A stretch of 63,987 bases of DNA, filler included, from an uncultured bacterium (GTDB lineage: Bacteria; DAOPZR01), in the NCBI GenBank assembly GCA_964637655.1. It is 13 parts of 13 records of this genome, joined end to end, with 100 filler letters (N's around TTAATTAATTAA, not from the genome) between each part and the next. Parts side by side here need not be neighbours in the genome. Positions count along the whole stretch, not along the records: positions 46,563 to 51,545 come from CAZWUZ010000280.1; positions 51,646 to 56,597 come from CAZWUZ010000281.1; positions 56,698 to 61,633 come from CAZWUZ010000282.1; 10 more parts are not named here. One strand, given 5' to 3'. The notes under the pieces were generated by a model, which did not search any database, was not told the origin of the DNA, and saw only the letters and a list, made by a program, of their open reading frames with translations. How positions within the stretch are numbered: the stretch's first letter is position 1; each line of letters opens with the position of its first letter. Both the position numbers and the translations under genes were made by a program. This document shows positions 49,555 through 59,530 of the stretch, one piece after another.

Positions 49555-50840
49555 AGCTCATCGACCGTCGAGATGTCCAGTTCCTCCTTGTCGACCCCGC
49601 GGGCAATCATCACCCCGGGCTGGCGCAGCAGGTCGACAATGCGCGCTTCCGCGAGGCGCCGCTTGTCACCGTCGAACAGCACCTTGACGGTCGGGCGCAA
49701 CGGCGTCTTCTCGTTGGCATCAACCACCACCGCGAACTCCTTGGTGCTCAGCTGCACCAGCGAACCGATCGGATAGATGGCCATGTTGGCGAGGAAGACC
49801 TGCAGTGCCTTCGGATCGAAGCGGCTCTTGCTCTCCTGCAGGATGTTGCGCATCGCGTCGTAGCCCTTGTTCTCGTCGCGCCACGAGCGTTTCTTGGTCA
49901 GCGCGTCGAAGACATCGGCGACGCTGATGACGCGCGCCATCTCGGCAATGCCGTCACCCGACATCTTCTGCGGGTAGCCGCTGCCGTCGAAGCATTCATG
50001 GTGCTGCAGCACGGCCGCCTGCACGTTGACCGGGAAGACCTTGTACTTGCTGAGGATGCGGTAGCCGTGAATCGGGTGCGTCTTGATCAGGTTGTACTCG
50101 CTCTCCTCGAGTTTGCGCTTTTTTTCGCGGATATGTTTGGGCACCTTGAGCATGCCGACATCGTGCAGCAGCGCGCCGATGGCGAGGTCGTGCAGCAGCG
50201 ACCGCGCATAGCCCATCCCCGCGCCGATGACCAGCGAGAAGATGCAGACGTTGAGCGAATGCGAGAAGAGGTACTCACCCGTCCTCCCCTTCTGCAGGGC
50301 GCAGCCGACGAAAATATTCTTGTGCTTGGGCACCTCGTTGACCAGCGGGGTGACAATCTCATCGACCCGTGACTTATCAACGGGGAGCCCCGTCGCCAGG
50401 GTTTCAATCAGCTGCCGCGTCGTCTCCAGCGTGCTGCTGTAGAGGGTGATGATTTCCTTTTTCTTCTGGGCGATGACCCGCAGTTCGGTCAGGCGGCGGA
50501 TTTCCTCGAGGCGGGCGGTATCGCCCCCCGCGGCCGGCGCGGGCGTCGCCGCCGGTGCGGCCGGCGTGACCGCGGGCGCCGGCGCGGAGACCCCCTTGAG
50601 CGCCGCTTCGACCGCGGCGGCGCTGATCACCGGCGGCGTGACGGTGGCCGGCGCCACGGGCTGCAGTTCGAGCATGTCCCCCTCGGTGCGCACCGTTTCG
50701 ATCTGCCATTTTTCCATCCGCTCGATGTCATCCTCGGTCAGCTGCACTCCGGCCTGCACAATCAGGTTGCCGTCGGGAAGGTAGAGCGGTTTGTCAAAGC
50801 GCATACCGGGCCGGAGGTCGGCCCGCTGATACTCTTTCAT
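49551..50840 (-). CDS. HD-GYP c-di-GMP phosphodiesterase
   Basis: HSLNV, LLHDVG, HHECFDGSGYP, ADVFDALT. Confidence 0.92.
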   Translation of the reverse strand: MKEYQRADLRPGMRFDKPLYLPDGNLIVQAGVQLTEDDIERMEKWQIETVRTEGDMLELQPVAPATVTPPVISAAAVEAALKGVSAPAPAVTPAAPAATPAPAAGGDTARLEEIRRLTELRVIAQKKKEIITLYSSTLETTRQLIETLATGLPVDKSRVDEIVTPLVNEVPKHKNIFVGCALQKGRTGEYLFSHSLNVCIFSLVIGAGMGYARSLLHDLAIGALLHDVGMLKVPKHIREKKRKLEESEYNLIKTHPIHGYRILSKYKVFPVNVQAAVLQHHECFDGSGYPQKMSGDGIAEMARVISVADVFDALTKKRSWRDENKGYDAMRNILQESKSRFDPKALQVFLANMAIYPIGSLVQLSTKEFAVVVDANEKTPLRPTVKVLFDGDKRRLAEARIVDLLRQPGVMIARGVDKEELDISTVDEL

Positions 50841-51133
50841 CCCCGTTGCTCCTTCCGTGCCGGCGCGTCATACGCGCCGTTGCGCTCATACACATACGCC
50901 AGAATTGCCGCCAGCGGCGCGTACAGTTCCGCCGGGATCACCGTGTCGAGTTCCAGCGCCGCCAGCGCCAGCGCCAGGTCGGGATCGTGGTGCACCGCGA
51001 CCCCCAGCGCCTGCGCCCGCCGCACCAGTTCCTCCGCAACGACGCCATGCCCGCTCGCCACCACACGCGGCGCGGCATCGTGCCCGCGCGTGTAGCTGAC
51101 CGCCGCGGCGACCGGCTGGTCGTCGCGCGTCAT
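50837..51133 (-). CDS. FlhB cytoplasmic-domain-like (EscU/YscU/HrcU family) protein
   Basis: AVSY...APRVVASG.G..AE...IPAELY. Confidence 0.85.
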   Translation of the reverse strand: MTRDDQPVAAAVSYTRGHDAAPRVVASGHGVVAEELVRRAQALGVAVHHDPDLALALAALELDTVIPAELYAPLAAILAYVYERNGAYDAPARKEQRG

Positions 51134-51545
51134 GCCCGCACATCCATGCCGGCATCAGCCGGCACGGGAGTTCCCGCCGCGGCCGGTGCCGGCGGCGCGC
51201 CGACCGCCACGGTGAACGCCCCGCAGGCCGTCAGCGTCTGCTGCAGTCCGTCGAGCGCCGCCGCCAGATGCGCCGTCACCCCGGCATCCGCCCCCTGCAG
51301 GGTGAAACGGTAGCCCGTCCCTTCCGGTTCGGCGCGGACACCCACTTCGCCGAGCGCGGAAAACTCGAGGGCCAGCGCCAAGTGGGGCCGCCGGCGCCGG
51401 CGCCGCCGGCGGCGGCCGCCGTCATGCACCACCAGTGTCCCGGCCACCGGCACCGGGTCGGTAAAGAGCAGCGGCAGCACGGTCTGCCCGTCCCGTTCGG
51501 CGCTCAGCAGCGCCTTGCCGGCAAGCGCTTCGGGCACTGCCCCAC
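51130..51545 (-). CDS. FliK-like C-terminal fragment (5' truncated)
   Basis: LALEFSALGEVGV...MDVRA; usual position upstream of the FlhB-like gene. Confidence 0.55.
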
Positions 51546-51645
51546 NNNNNNNNNNNNNNNNNNNNNNNNNNNNNNNNNNNNNNNNNNNNTTAATTAATTA
51601 ANNNNNNNNNNNNNNNNNNNNNNNNNNNNNNNNNNNNNNNNNNNN

Positions 51646-52615
51646 TGACGAGGTGACGGTACCGCAGGAAAACAAGGCGGAGGACATCGACAGCGCCATC
51701 AAGCCGATGCTTGACCGGCTGGTCGGCGAACTGAAACGCTCGTTCGATTATTTCAAGGCGCAGATTATCAACGAGGATATCGGGAAGATCTACCTGTGCG
51801 GCGGCGGCGCTCAACTCAAGGATCTGGCCACCTTCCTGCAGCAGAAAACGGGTATTGAGACCGAGGTGCTCAATCCGCTGCAGAAACTGTCGGTTGACGG
51901 AGTTGACCTCGGGGTGGAACTCGGCTCGGCGTTCGGGCTCGGGTTGCGGGTGGCCGGCTACGAATGCGCGGTGCAGACCAACCTGCTCCCCGCGGACATC
52001 GCCATCCGCAAGCGTTCGCTTGCCCGGCAGCGCAACCTCGGCATCATGGGTGTGCTGGGTGTGCTGCTGGCGGTGGAACTCGTTTTTGCCGGCTGGTGGG
52101 TATATGATATGCGGGTGACAGAACGCGACGACATCCTGGCCAAACTCGAGGAACTCAAGGAAGTGGTGGAAAAGGTCAAGACGCTCAAGGCGACGCAGGA
52201 GCAGCTGACCTCGCGCAAGAACCTGATCATGCGCCTGTCGCTGGAACGCGCGCGCTGGCTGGATGTGCTGCGTGAACTCAACAACATCCTGGCGAAAGTG
52301 ACGGAAACCCCGGGGAGGAAGGTCTGGCTGCAGACGCTGAGCTATACCAGCAAGGAGGCCTGCTCCCTGTCCGGGATGGCCAGTGATTTCGATGTGGTTG
52401 GTGAACTCAACCAGCGACTGAATGAATCGTCCTACTACGAAGTCGAGGGTTTTCCGTCGCAGAGCAAGGACGCGGTGACCGGCATGGTGCAGTTCAACTT
52501 TTCGCTGCGGGTCACCCAGGCGCCTGATATGGAGGAATTGCGCCGCCGGCTGGAGCAGGCGGCGGCTGGCGGTGAAGGCGGGGGCGAAGCGGCTCCGGCG
52601 GAAGGGGGGGAATAG
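51646..52615 (+). CDS. pilM: PilM C-terminus fused to PilN (5' truncated)
   Basis: ELKRSFDYF, IYLCGGGA, LNPL, GLGLR, then NLLP + TM helix + coiled coil + VWLQTL in one frame. Confidence 0.85.
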
Positions 52616-52617
52616 CC

Positions 52618-53205
52618 ATGGCGATGAGCGAAAAAGACAAACAAATGCTGTTTTACGGCCTCCCCGTCGTGGTGCTCGGTGCGCTCTTCTGGTTCGGCTA
52701 CTACGACACCAATTCATGGTGGAACACGTATCAGGCGATGGGCGCGGAGATCACCGAGAAGGATACCGAACTGCACGAGGCGATGGAGCAGCAGAAAAAC
52801 CTCGATGCGCTGCAGGCGGAAGTTGACGCCATGACGCAGGAACTGGAAGTCGCCGAGCGGCTCCTCCCCAAGGAAAACGACGTGCGCGGCCTGCTGGAAA
52901 AGATCCCGGCGCTGGCGATCGAATCGGGTATTCCCAAGGAGGCGATGTCCAGCATCAACTTCAGCTCGCAGAGTTCGCACGAGCAGTACAAGGAGTGGCC
53001 CATCGCGCTGCAGTTCACCCAGGTGACCTTCGGGCAGATGGTCGAACTGCTCAACCGCTTCGAAAAGTTCGAGCGGCTGCTCGATGTCACCAATCTGCCG
53101 CTGACGGTGCTGTCCGCTGAGGAAAACACGCTGACGCTGGCGCTGACCATCAACGTCTACGTCTTCAAGGAAGAGGTGCCGGTTGACGCGGCACCGGCGG
53201 AGTAG
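52618..53205 (+). CDS. pilO: Type IV pilus assembly protein PilO
   Basis: TM helix, coiled coil, LLPKENDVRGLL, ERLLDV. Confidence 0.85.
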   Translation: MAMSEKDKQMLFYGLPVVVLGALFWFGYYDTNSWWNTYQAMGAEITEKDTELHEAMEQQKNLDALQAEVDAMTQELEVAERLLPKENDVRGLLEKIPALAIESGIPKEAMSSINFSSQSSHEQYKEWPIALQFTQVTFGQMVELLNRFEKFERLLDVTNLPLTVLSAEENTLTLALTINVYVFKEEVPVDAAPAE

Positions 53206-53214
53206 GATGCGCGT

Positions 53215-53826
53215 ATGAACATGGACCTCAAGGAGCTGATGGCGAAGATCCAGAACTACGTGGATCCGATCCTCGGCGGCATTATCGCGTTGCTGGTACT
53301 CAATCTGGTCGGTGGCGGCCTGGCGTATTATGTTACCGGGCTGGAAATTCCCGCGCATCCGGTGGATCCGGTACGGGTGCAGGAACGTCCGCCCTATGAA
53401 CCGTTTTTCGTCACGCGTGTGGTCGATAAAAACCTGCCCGATACGTACGCGCCGCTGTTGCGCATCAACTTCTTCAAGCCGACGGCCCTGGCTCCGATCG
53501 CCCCGGATCCGACGCCCCCGCCCGATCCCGACGGCACCAGACCCGTGTCTCCTGACACCCCGCCACCCCCGGCGGTGAAACAGACGATTGACAACGTCAT
53601 CTACCATGGCGGCGTCCTCGCTGCCAACCGGCAGGTGGCGCAACTGAGCACGTCCGAAGCGGGTGACGGCATGGTCTACATGGTGCGCGCGGGGAGCAGT
53701 ATCCCGGGCACCGACATCCGGCTTGACCGTGTGCACCCCTACTACGTCGTGCTGAGCCGCCCCGGCTATGAAACGACCAATGTCCCGGTCAAGGGTGCAG
53801 TCACCCTTGGCGGAGGCCTCCGCTGA
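53215..53826 (+). CDS. PilP/GspC-like protein
   Basis: TM helix, NFF, Pro-rich linker, C-terminal beta domain; follows pilO. Confidence 0.55.
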   Translation: MNMDLKELMAKIQNYVDPILGGIIALLVLNLVGGGLAYYVTGLEIPAHPVDPVRVQERPPYEPFFVTRVVDKNLPDTYAPLLRINFFKPTALAPIAPDPTPPPDPDGTRPVSPDTPPPPAVKQTIDNVIYHGGVLAANRQVAQLSTSEAGDGMVYMVRAGSSIPGTDIRLDRVHPYYVVLSRPGYETTNVPVKGAVTLGGGLR

Positions 53827-56597
53827 TGTTCCGCCGCCTGACCGCACTGCTGCTGCTGCTCGCGCTCTGCGCGGCGCCGCTCGCGGCGGAGACGGTGCGC
53901 GTGGCGCCCGGCGCGCTCGATCATTTCCGGGTCATCGTCAGCGGCACCCCGGCGGCGGGCGAACCGGACTGGATGGCGNNNNNNNNNNGCGGTTGACGCC
54001 TTCGATAACCTGATCACCGATTACGCGGCGACGGGCAACGGCGTGCGCGTCAGCGTCGTCGGGCGCGGCACGGTCACCCCGGTGACGGTTGACGCCGGGC
54101 AGTTCAGCGGCGGGGTCGCGCGTCTGTCGGTGACCCACCCGGTGGCGGAAGCCGTCACGGTGCGCGTCATGGAACGCGACGGTCGCGCCCGCGGCGAGAG
54201 CACTGCCATCACCGTGCGCGCCGGCAGCATCGACCATTTCGACGTCGCCGTGCCGGCGCTGGCCCGCGCGGGCGAACCCTTCGCCCTGGCGCTTACCGCA
54301 CGCGACCGCTTCAACAACCTCATCACCGATTATGCCGACCGCTTCCGCGGCGTGGCGCTGACCGCTGACGGGGCGGGGAAACTGACTCCGCCGCTGGTGG
54401 CGGCATCGCAGTTTGTCGACGGGACCGCGCGCGTGCAGGTCAGCTATGACGCGGCGGAGGAACTGAGCATCAGCGTGCGTGACCAGGAACGCCCGGCGGC
54501 CGGGCGCAGCACCCCGGTGCGCGTGACCGCCGGCCCGCTCGCCCGTTTCGCGGTCATCGCGCCGCGCGCCGGGGTGGCCGGTGCCGCTTTCCGCGTCGCC
54601 CTCGAGGCGAAGGACGCCTTCGGCAATACGCTTACCGACTATGCCACGCGCGGGCGCGGAGCGGAACTTTCCGGCAGCGGCAGCGGGCGGCTCGAACCGC
54701 TCTTTGTCTCCCCCGACCAGTTCCGCAACGGCGTCGCTTTTGCCACCCTTGCCTACACCGGGGCGGACAACGTTATCATCACCGCGCACGAGCGCGGGCA
54801 GCGCGCGGTCAGCGGGGCCAGCGAGGCCATCGCCTTCACCGCCGGCGCGCTCGGGTCGTTCACCGTCGAGGCGCCGGAAACGGCCGAAGCGGGCATCCCC
54901 TTCACCGTGCGCGTGCAGGCAGCTGACGTCTATGGCAACATCATCCGCGATTTCGCGCGCGGCGGCCAGACGGTCATCCTGCGTCACAGCGGGTCGCTCC
55001 CCGAGGCGGAGACGAACATCGCGGCGGGGCAGTTCATCGACGGCATCGCCAGTGTCAGTGTCACGTACCGTCTGGCGGAGCCGCTCACCATCGTCGCGCG
55101 GCAGCAGCAGGGGAGCATCAGCGGCAGCAGCCGCACGGTCACCATCCAGCCGGGCGCACCCGACCATATCCGGGTGACGGCGCCGGCCACCGCGGTCGCC
55201 GGCACGCCCTTCACCGTCACCCTGCTTGCCGAGGACCGCTACAACAACCGGGTTGCTGATTTCGCGGCGCGTGGGATGGACGTGCGCATTGCGGTGGCCG
55301 GCACGGTCGCCCGCGACCCCGAAGTCGTGCCGGCCGGACGTTTCAGCCAGGGGCAGGCGCAGGCGGTACTCAGCTACCAGAAAGCGGAACGTATTGTTAT
55401 TCGCGCCGAGGACCGCGAGGGGAACACCCTCGGGCTCAGCGGCCCGCTGACGGTGAGTGGCGGGGCGCTCGCCGCCTTCCGCGTCACCGCGCCGGTCGAG
55501 GCGACGGCAGGTGAAACCTTCCCCGTGCGTCTCGTCGCCGTCGACGGGTTCGACAATGTCATCACCGATTACGACCGGCAGGGGAGCGGCGTGAAACTTG
55601 CCGGCAACGGGGTCGGGACGCTGGTTCCGGTCAGTGTCGCCCCCGCCCTCTTCCGCGACGGCGTGGCGGTCATTGCCTGCCGCTACCATACCAGCGAGAT
55701 TATCAGCATCAGCGCAGGTGAAGAGCGCGGGCTGGCGGCGGGGACTTCCGCCCCGGTGCGCGTGCAACCGGGCGCGCTCGACCACTTTGTCCTGACCTCC
55801 CCGGCGGCGGTGATTGCCGGGCAGCCCTTTACCCTGCGCCTCGAGGCGCAGGACCGCTACTATAACACGTTGCGCGAGTATGCCCGCAGCGGGGCCGAGG
55901 TGGTGCTCGGCACCGACCGTGGCGGCGAACTGACCCCGGCGACGCTCGGGGCGGACGCGTTTGCCGCCGGGGTGGCGACAACCAACCTGACCATTACCCG
56001 CGCCGGCGATTTCCGCATCCTCGCGCGCGCGGGCGCGGCGCAGGGGCTGAGTGGCGCGCTGAGTTGCGCCCCGGCCGCGGTGGCGCGCTTCCGCGTCGAG
56101 GTCATTGGCACCATCCGTGCCGGCGAGCCGTTTACGCTGCGCCTCGCTCCGGAAGACGCCTACGGCAACCGGGTTACCGGTTTCACCAGCCGGCAGGAAC
56201 TGCTGCACCTGAACGCGTCAGGGAGCGGCAAACTGCTCCCCGCGACGGTGCATCCTGCGGCATTTACCGACGGGGTGGCGGAACTGCAGGCGCTCTACAC
56301 GCGCGCTGAGGCGGTGGAAATCACCGTGCGCCCGGCCGGTCCCGCGGACAACGCGATGCGGGTTATCGATGACGTGGTCGTCACCGGTGGCGGCGCCGAC
56401 GCGGTGCAGGTGCGCCTGATCGGCAATGCCCCGCTGGTGTGCCGTGATGTGCGGCTCGCCGAACCGCGCGTGCTCATGGCCGACCTGCCCGGGGCCACGC
56501 TGGCGGGTGACGCGCGCAAACTTACGTTCACCACGGGGCCGCTCGCCCAGGTGCTGCTGACGCTGGAAGCGCAGGAGCCGGTGCCGGTGGTCCGGCT
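53826..56597 (+). CDS. Secreted protein with 8 tandem ~100-aa Ig-like repeats and an AMIN-like domain (10-N gap inside; 3' truncated)
   Basis: Signal peptide MFRRLTALLLLLALCAAPLAA; repeats GxLDHF.V....AGEPF...A.D.F.N.ITDY...F..GVA; then DDVVV...VRLAEPRVLMADLPGA. Confidence 0.75.
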
Positions 56598-56697
56598 NNN
56601 NNNNNNNNNNNNNNNNNNNNNNNNNNNNNNNNNNNNNNNNNTTAATTAATTAANNNNNNNNNNNNNNNNNNNNNNNNNNNNNNNNNNNNNNNNNNNN

Positions 56698-56982
56698 GAA
56701 AGCGACATCCCGTTTGCGCGTGGCGCGGCGCAGCAGTTCGTTGGAGAAGTACATGAAGAGAAAGCCCGCGAGCGCACTCGCCCCGGCATGGGCATGCAGC
56801 CGCGCGGCCTGCGGCAGCGCGACCAGCAGCGGTGCGGTGATGAGGATGCCGCCGGCAAAGCAGAGACAGGGGTCCTTCATCCGCTCCGCCCACTCGCGAT
56901 GGCGATGGATAAACAGTATCCCCGCGCCGTTGACCAGCGCGGCGGCCAGCGCGAACAGGGCGATCCAGTGCGGCGTGGTCAC
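56698..56982 (-). CDS. ZIP family metal transporter (3' truncated)
   Basis: CFAGGILITAPLLVALPQA...LAGFLFMYF. Confidence 0.65.
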
Positions 56983-57749
56983 CGGTTTCCTCCACCGGCC
57001 TGCACCTGCGCCGCCAGTGCCGCGTAGTCAGGGTAGAGATAGGGGCGGTCGGGAATCCCGATGGGCGTGACCTCATCATCGGTGATGTAGGCATACCAGC
57101 CCGCGTTCTGCGGCAGGCGGCGGAAGGTCAGCGTGCCGCGGATGTGGAACCATTCGTCGTACGCGCTGTCATCCGCGCCGCTGCGGTTGGCGACGACGAT
57201 GCCGATCGGCTGCAGGTCGGCGATGCAGCAGACCATGAGCATGCGCACCATGACCAGGTCCGTCGACTGCAGGTCGATGGCGTCGTCACCACCGCCATCC
57301 GGGGCAAGCGTCAGCGTCGCCTCGGTGCTGATGCGGTAGGTGTGCGCGGCGATGCCGGTATCATCGAGCGCGTCGAGTTCGGCATAGACCTGCTGCACGG
57401 TAAGACAGCGGTAGCCGTCGGCATCAAGCGGCGCGTCGACCATCCCCCCCGCGATGCGTGGCGGGGCGAGCGAGCGGAAGCGCACGGCCGTGAGCAGCGA
57501 ATGGTCCACCTGCGGGGTGATGACGAGCAGCGCGGCCGGCACGAGCAGCAGCAGCGAACCGTCGACCCGCCAGACGCCGCGGCGCAGCGCGGGCACGGCC
57601 AGCAGCAGCAGCAGCACGCACCCCCAGGCCCCCCACGTGACCGGGGTGATAAAGCGCGGGGCGATGTAGACCGTCAGTTCGTCAGCAGCCGCCACGCGCA
57701 GTACCCCGGCCGCGAGCAGCGCGAGCGCGAGAAACGCGACGCGGTTCAT
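56979..57749 (-). CDS. TIGR03943/DUF1980 (YcgQ-like) permease subunit
   Basis: YIAPRF, RMLMVCCIADLQPIG, DEW..I.G, P..PYLYP. Confidence 0.8.
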   Translation of the reverse strand: MNRVAFLALALLAAGVLRVAAADELTVYIAPRFITPVTWGAWGCVLLLLLAVPALRRGVWRVDGSLLLLVPAALLVITPQVDHSLLTAVRFRSLAPPRIAGGMVDAPLDADGYRCLTVQQVYAELDALDDTGIAAHTYRISTEATLTLAPDGGGDDAIDLQSTDLVMVRMLMVCCIADLQPIGIVVANRSGADDSAYDEWFHIRGTLTFRRLPQNAGWYAYITDDEVTPIGIPDRPYLYPDYAALAAQVQAGGGNR

Positions 57750-58642
57750 GCCAACACTCCCGTCGCGGAGACCAGCGCCGCCACCAGCAGCACGAGCATG
57801 GCCAGCGTTACAAAAGCAATTGCGGTAAACCGCCAGCCGAAGACGCGCTGGTACATTACTGCCAGCTTGATGTCCGCCACCGGGCCGAACCAGAGGAAGG
57901 CGAGTTGTGCCAGCGGCGGCACGCCGACGAGCGCATAGGCGACAAACGCATCCGCCTCCGAGCAGACCGAGAGGATAAAGGCGAGCAGCATCGCCGCCGG
58001 CACCCCGAGCAGCGGCCAGTCAACCGACAGGTCGGCAAGTTTACCCACCGGGAGTGTCAGCGTGACGGTCGCGGCCACGGCGGCGCCAAGCGTCAGGTAG
58101 GCAAAGATGCGCGACGCGTCAGTGACGAAGGTGGCGCCGAAGCGCACCAGCCGCGACTGGTGTTCCTCTTCCGTCACGCAGTGGCAGCCGTGCCCGTGGG
58201 CACAGAGCGCGCGCGGCTCGGGGAGGGCGCGGCGCAGCAGGAAGGCCGCCGCCAGCGCGACGATGAACGAGCCGCCGCCGCGCAGCAGCATCATGCTCGT
58301 ACTGTCGTTGAACGCGACATAGGTCGAATAGAGGACGATGGGCTGCACTGCGGGGGCGGCGTAGAGATAGGCGAGCAGCGGGCCGGTCGCCATCCCCTTG
58401 GCGCGCAGCCGCGCGACGACCGGGATGATCCCGCACTCGCAGACGGGGAAGACGAAGCCGGCGAGCGCGGCGGCGGCGATATTGAGCGCCGTGCCGCGCC
58501 CCGACAGGCGCTGCAGCAGCGTCGCGGGGACGAAAACCTCGAGCAGCGCCGAGACCAGCGCCCCGAGCACGATGTACGGGAAGGCCTCGAGCAGCGTCCC
58601 CGTGACGAGGGCGCCGAGCGTGGCGATGGTACTCAACGTCAT
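57746..58642 (-). CDS. DUF318 (YcgR-like) permease
   Basis: LLEAFPY, FPVCECGIIPV, His/Cys-rich loop, SVCSEADAF, GPVADIK. Confidence 0.88.
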   Translation of the reverse strand: MTLSTIATLGALVTGTLLEAFPYIVLGALVSALLEVFVPATLLQRLSGRGTALNIAAAALAGFVFPVCECGIIPVVARLRAKGMATGPLLAYLYAAPAVQPIVLYSTYVAFNDSTSMMLLRGGGSFIVALAAAFLLRRALPEPRALCAHGHGCHCVTEEEHQSRLVRFGATFVTDASRIFAYLTLGAAVAATVTLTLPVGKLADLSVDWPLLGVPAAMLLAFILSVCSEADAFVAYALVGVPPLAQLAFLWFGPVADIKLAVMYQRVFGWRFTAIAFVTLAMLVLLVAALVSATGVLA

Positions 58643-58663
58643 GCGCTGTCGCTCCGTTCCATC

Positions 58664-59371
58664 TCAGGGGAGACCCGAAGCAGCGCGGTGCAGCAGGCGG
58701 ATTTCCTCCGCGCGCAGCACCCGCCGGTAAAAGCGCAGTTCGTCGATGGCACCGTCATAGCGGAAACCGAGCCAGTGTCCGACCTGCAGGTCGGCGCCGC
58801 TGCCTACAGCCAGCCCGGTGCCCGGCACGCGCAGCGACAGTTCGCCGTTGACATACTCGCTGAAGGTCACCCCGTCATACACCACCACGAGATGATTCCA
58901 TTCGTCAGCCCGGAACTGCTCGCGGCGATTCCAGCCGGAATCATCGCGCAAACTTCCCTGCCGCCCGTCAGCCCAGGCCTCGGCATAGTGCGTGCCGATA
59001 TTCCAGCCGGAAGCGTTCGTCCCGCCGCGCCACCAGGCGGCCGCGGCCAGTTTGTAATTGTTCGCCGGCTGCGCGGTCTTGAACCAGAGCGAGATGGAGT
59101 ACTGTTCCGCCCCGGCCAGCGGGTTGCCTTCACCCTGCAAATACGTGCCGGCAAAGCGTGCGGCCGTGCCGTACACCCCGTCCGTGGCAATCACCGACCC
59201 GACCGGGGTCAGGTCAAAGCCGTTGCCCGAACGGTCGCGCACGCTGGCGGTGTCGGTGGCAAGCGCATTGAAATCGTAGTAGGCCGTCAGACCGGTGGAC
59301 ACACCGGGGAGCACCTCAGCCGCGGCCGGCGCGACAGCAACAAGCAGTACCATCATCAGTATCGCTGGCAT
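58664..59371 (-). CDS. Secreted LamG/concanavalin-like domain protein
   Basis: Signal peptide, AYYDFN, YSISLWFK, WNHLVVVYDG, YVNG, GAIDELRFY. Confidence 0.85.
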   Translation of the reverse strand: MPAILMMVLLVAVAPAAAEVLPGVSTGLTAYYDFNALATDTASVRDRSGNGFDLTPVGSVIATDGVYGTAARFAGTYLQGEGNPLAGAEQYSISLWFKTAQPANNYKLAAAAWWRGGTNASGWNIGTHYAEAWADGRQGSLRDDSGWNRREQFRADEWNHLVVVYDGVTFSEYVNGELSLRVPGTGLAVGSGADLQVGHWLGFRYDGAIDELRFYRRVLRAEEIRLLHRAASGLP

Positions 59372-59471
59372 CTTCCCCTCCCGTGTCGCAGTATACTTCA
59401 CCCGCGTGTTGTACACCACCTGCCGCATCCGGTGAGCAGGCATGGTGGTATAATTACCCGGAAAGCGCTCC

Positions 59472-59508
59472 TTGACCGCTATTATAGCATTTGCTATTAT
59501 CATGTCAA
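59472..59508. promoter_or_regulatory. Overlapping divergent sigma70 promoters with a central palindrome
   Basis: Plus strand TTGACC-17-TATTAT; minus strand TTGACA-16-TATAAT; ATAGCA-TT-TGCTAT in the centre. Confidence 0.65.
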
Positions 59509-59530
59509 GTGCATGCTCAGGAGGACTCCC

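Noticed and set aside
47761-49776. 671-aa plus-strand ORF, and similar long ORFs at 43815-45599, 53938-56208 and 62219-63817
   Set aside because: Antisense shadows of well-supported genes on the opposite strand.
57905-59530. Apparent 540-aa N-terminal extension of the disulfide reductase (996-aa ORF)
   Set aside because: The extension is antisense to the DUF318 and LamG genes; the real start is ATG 59531 with an AGGAGG RBS.
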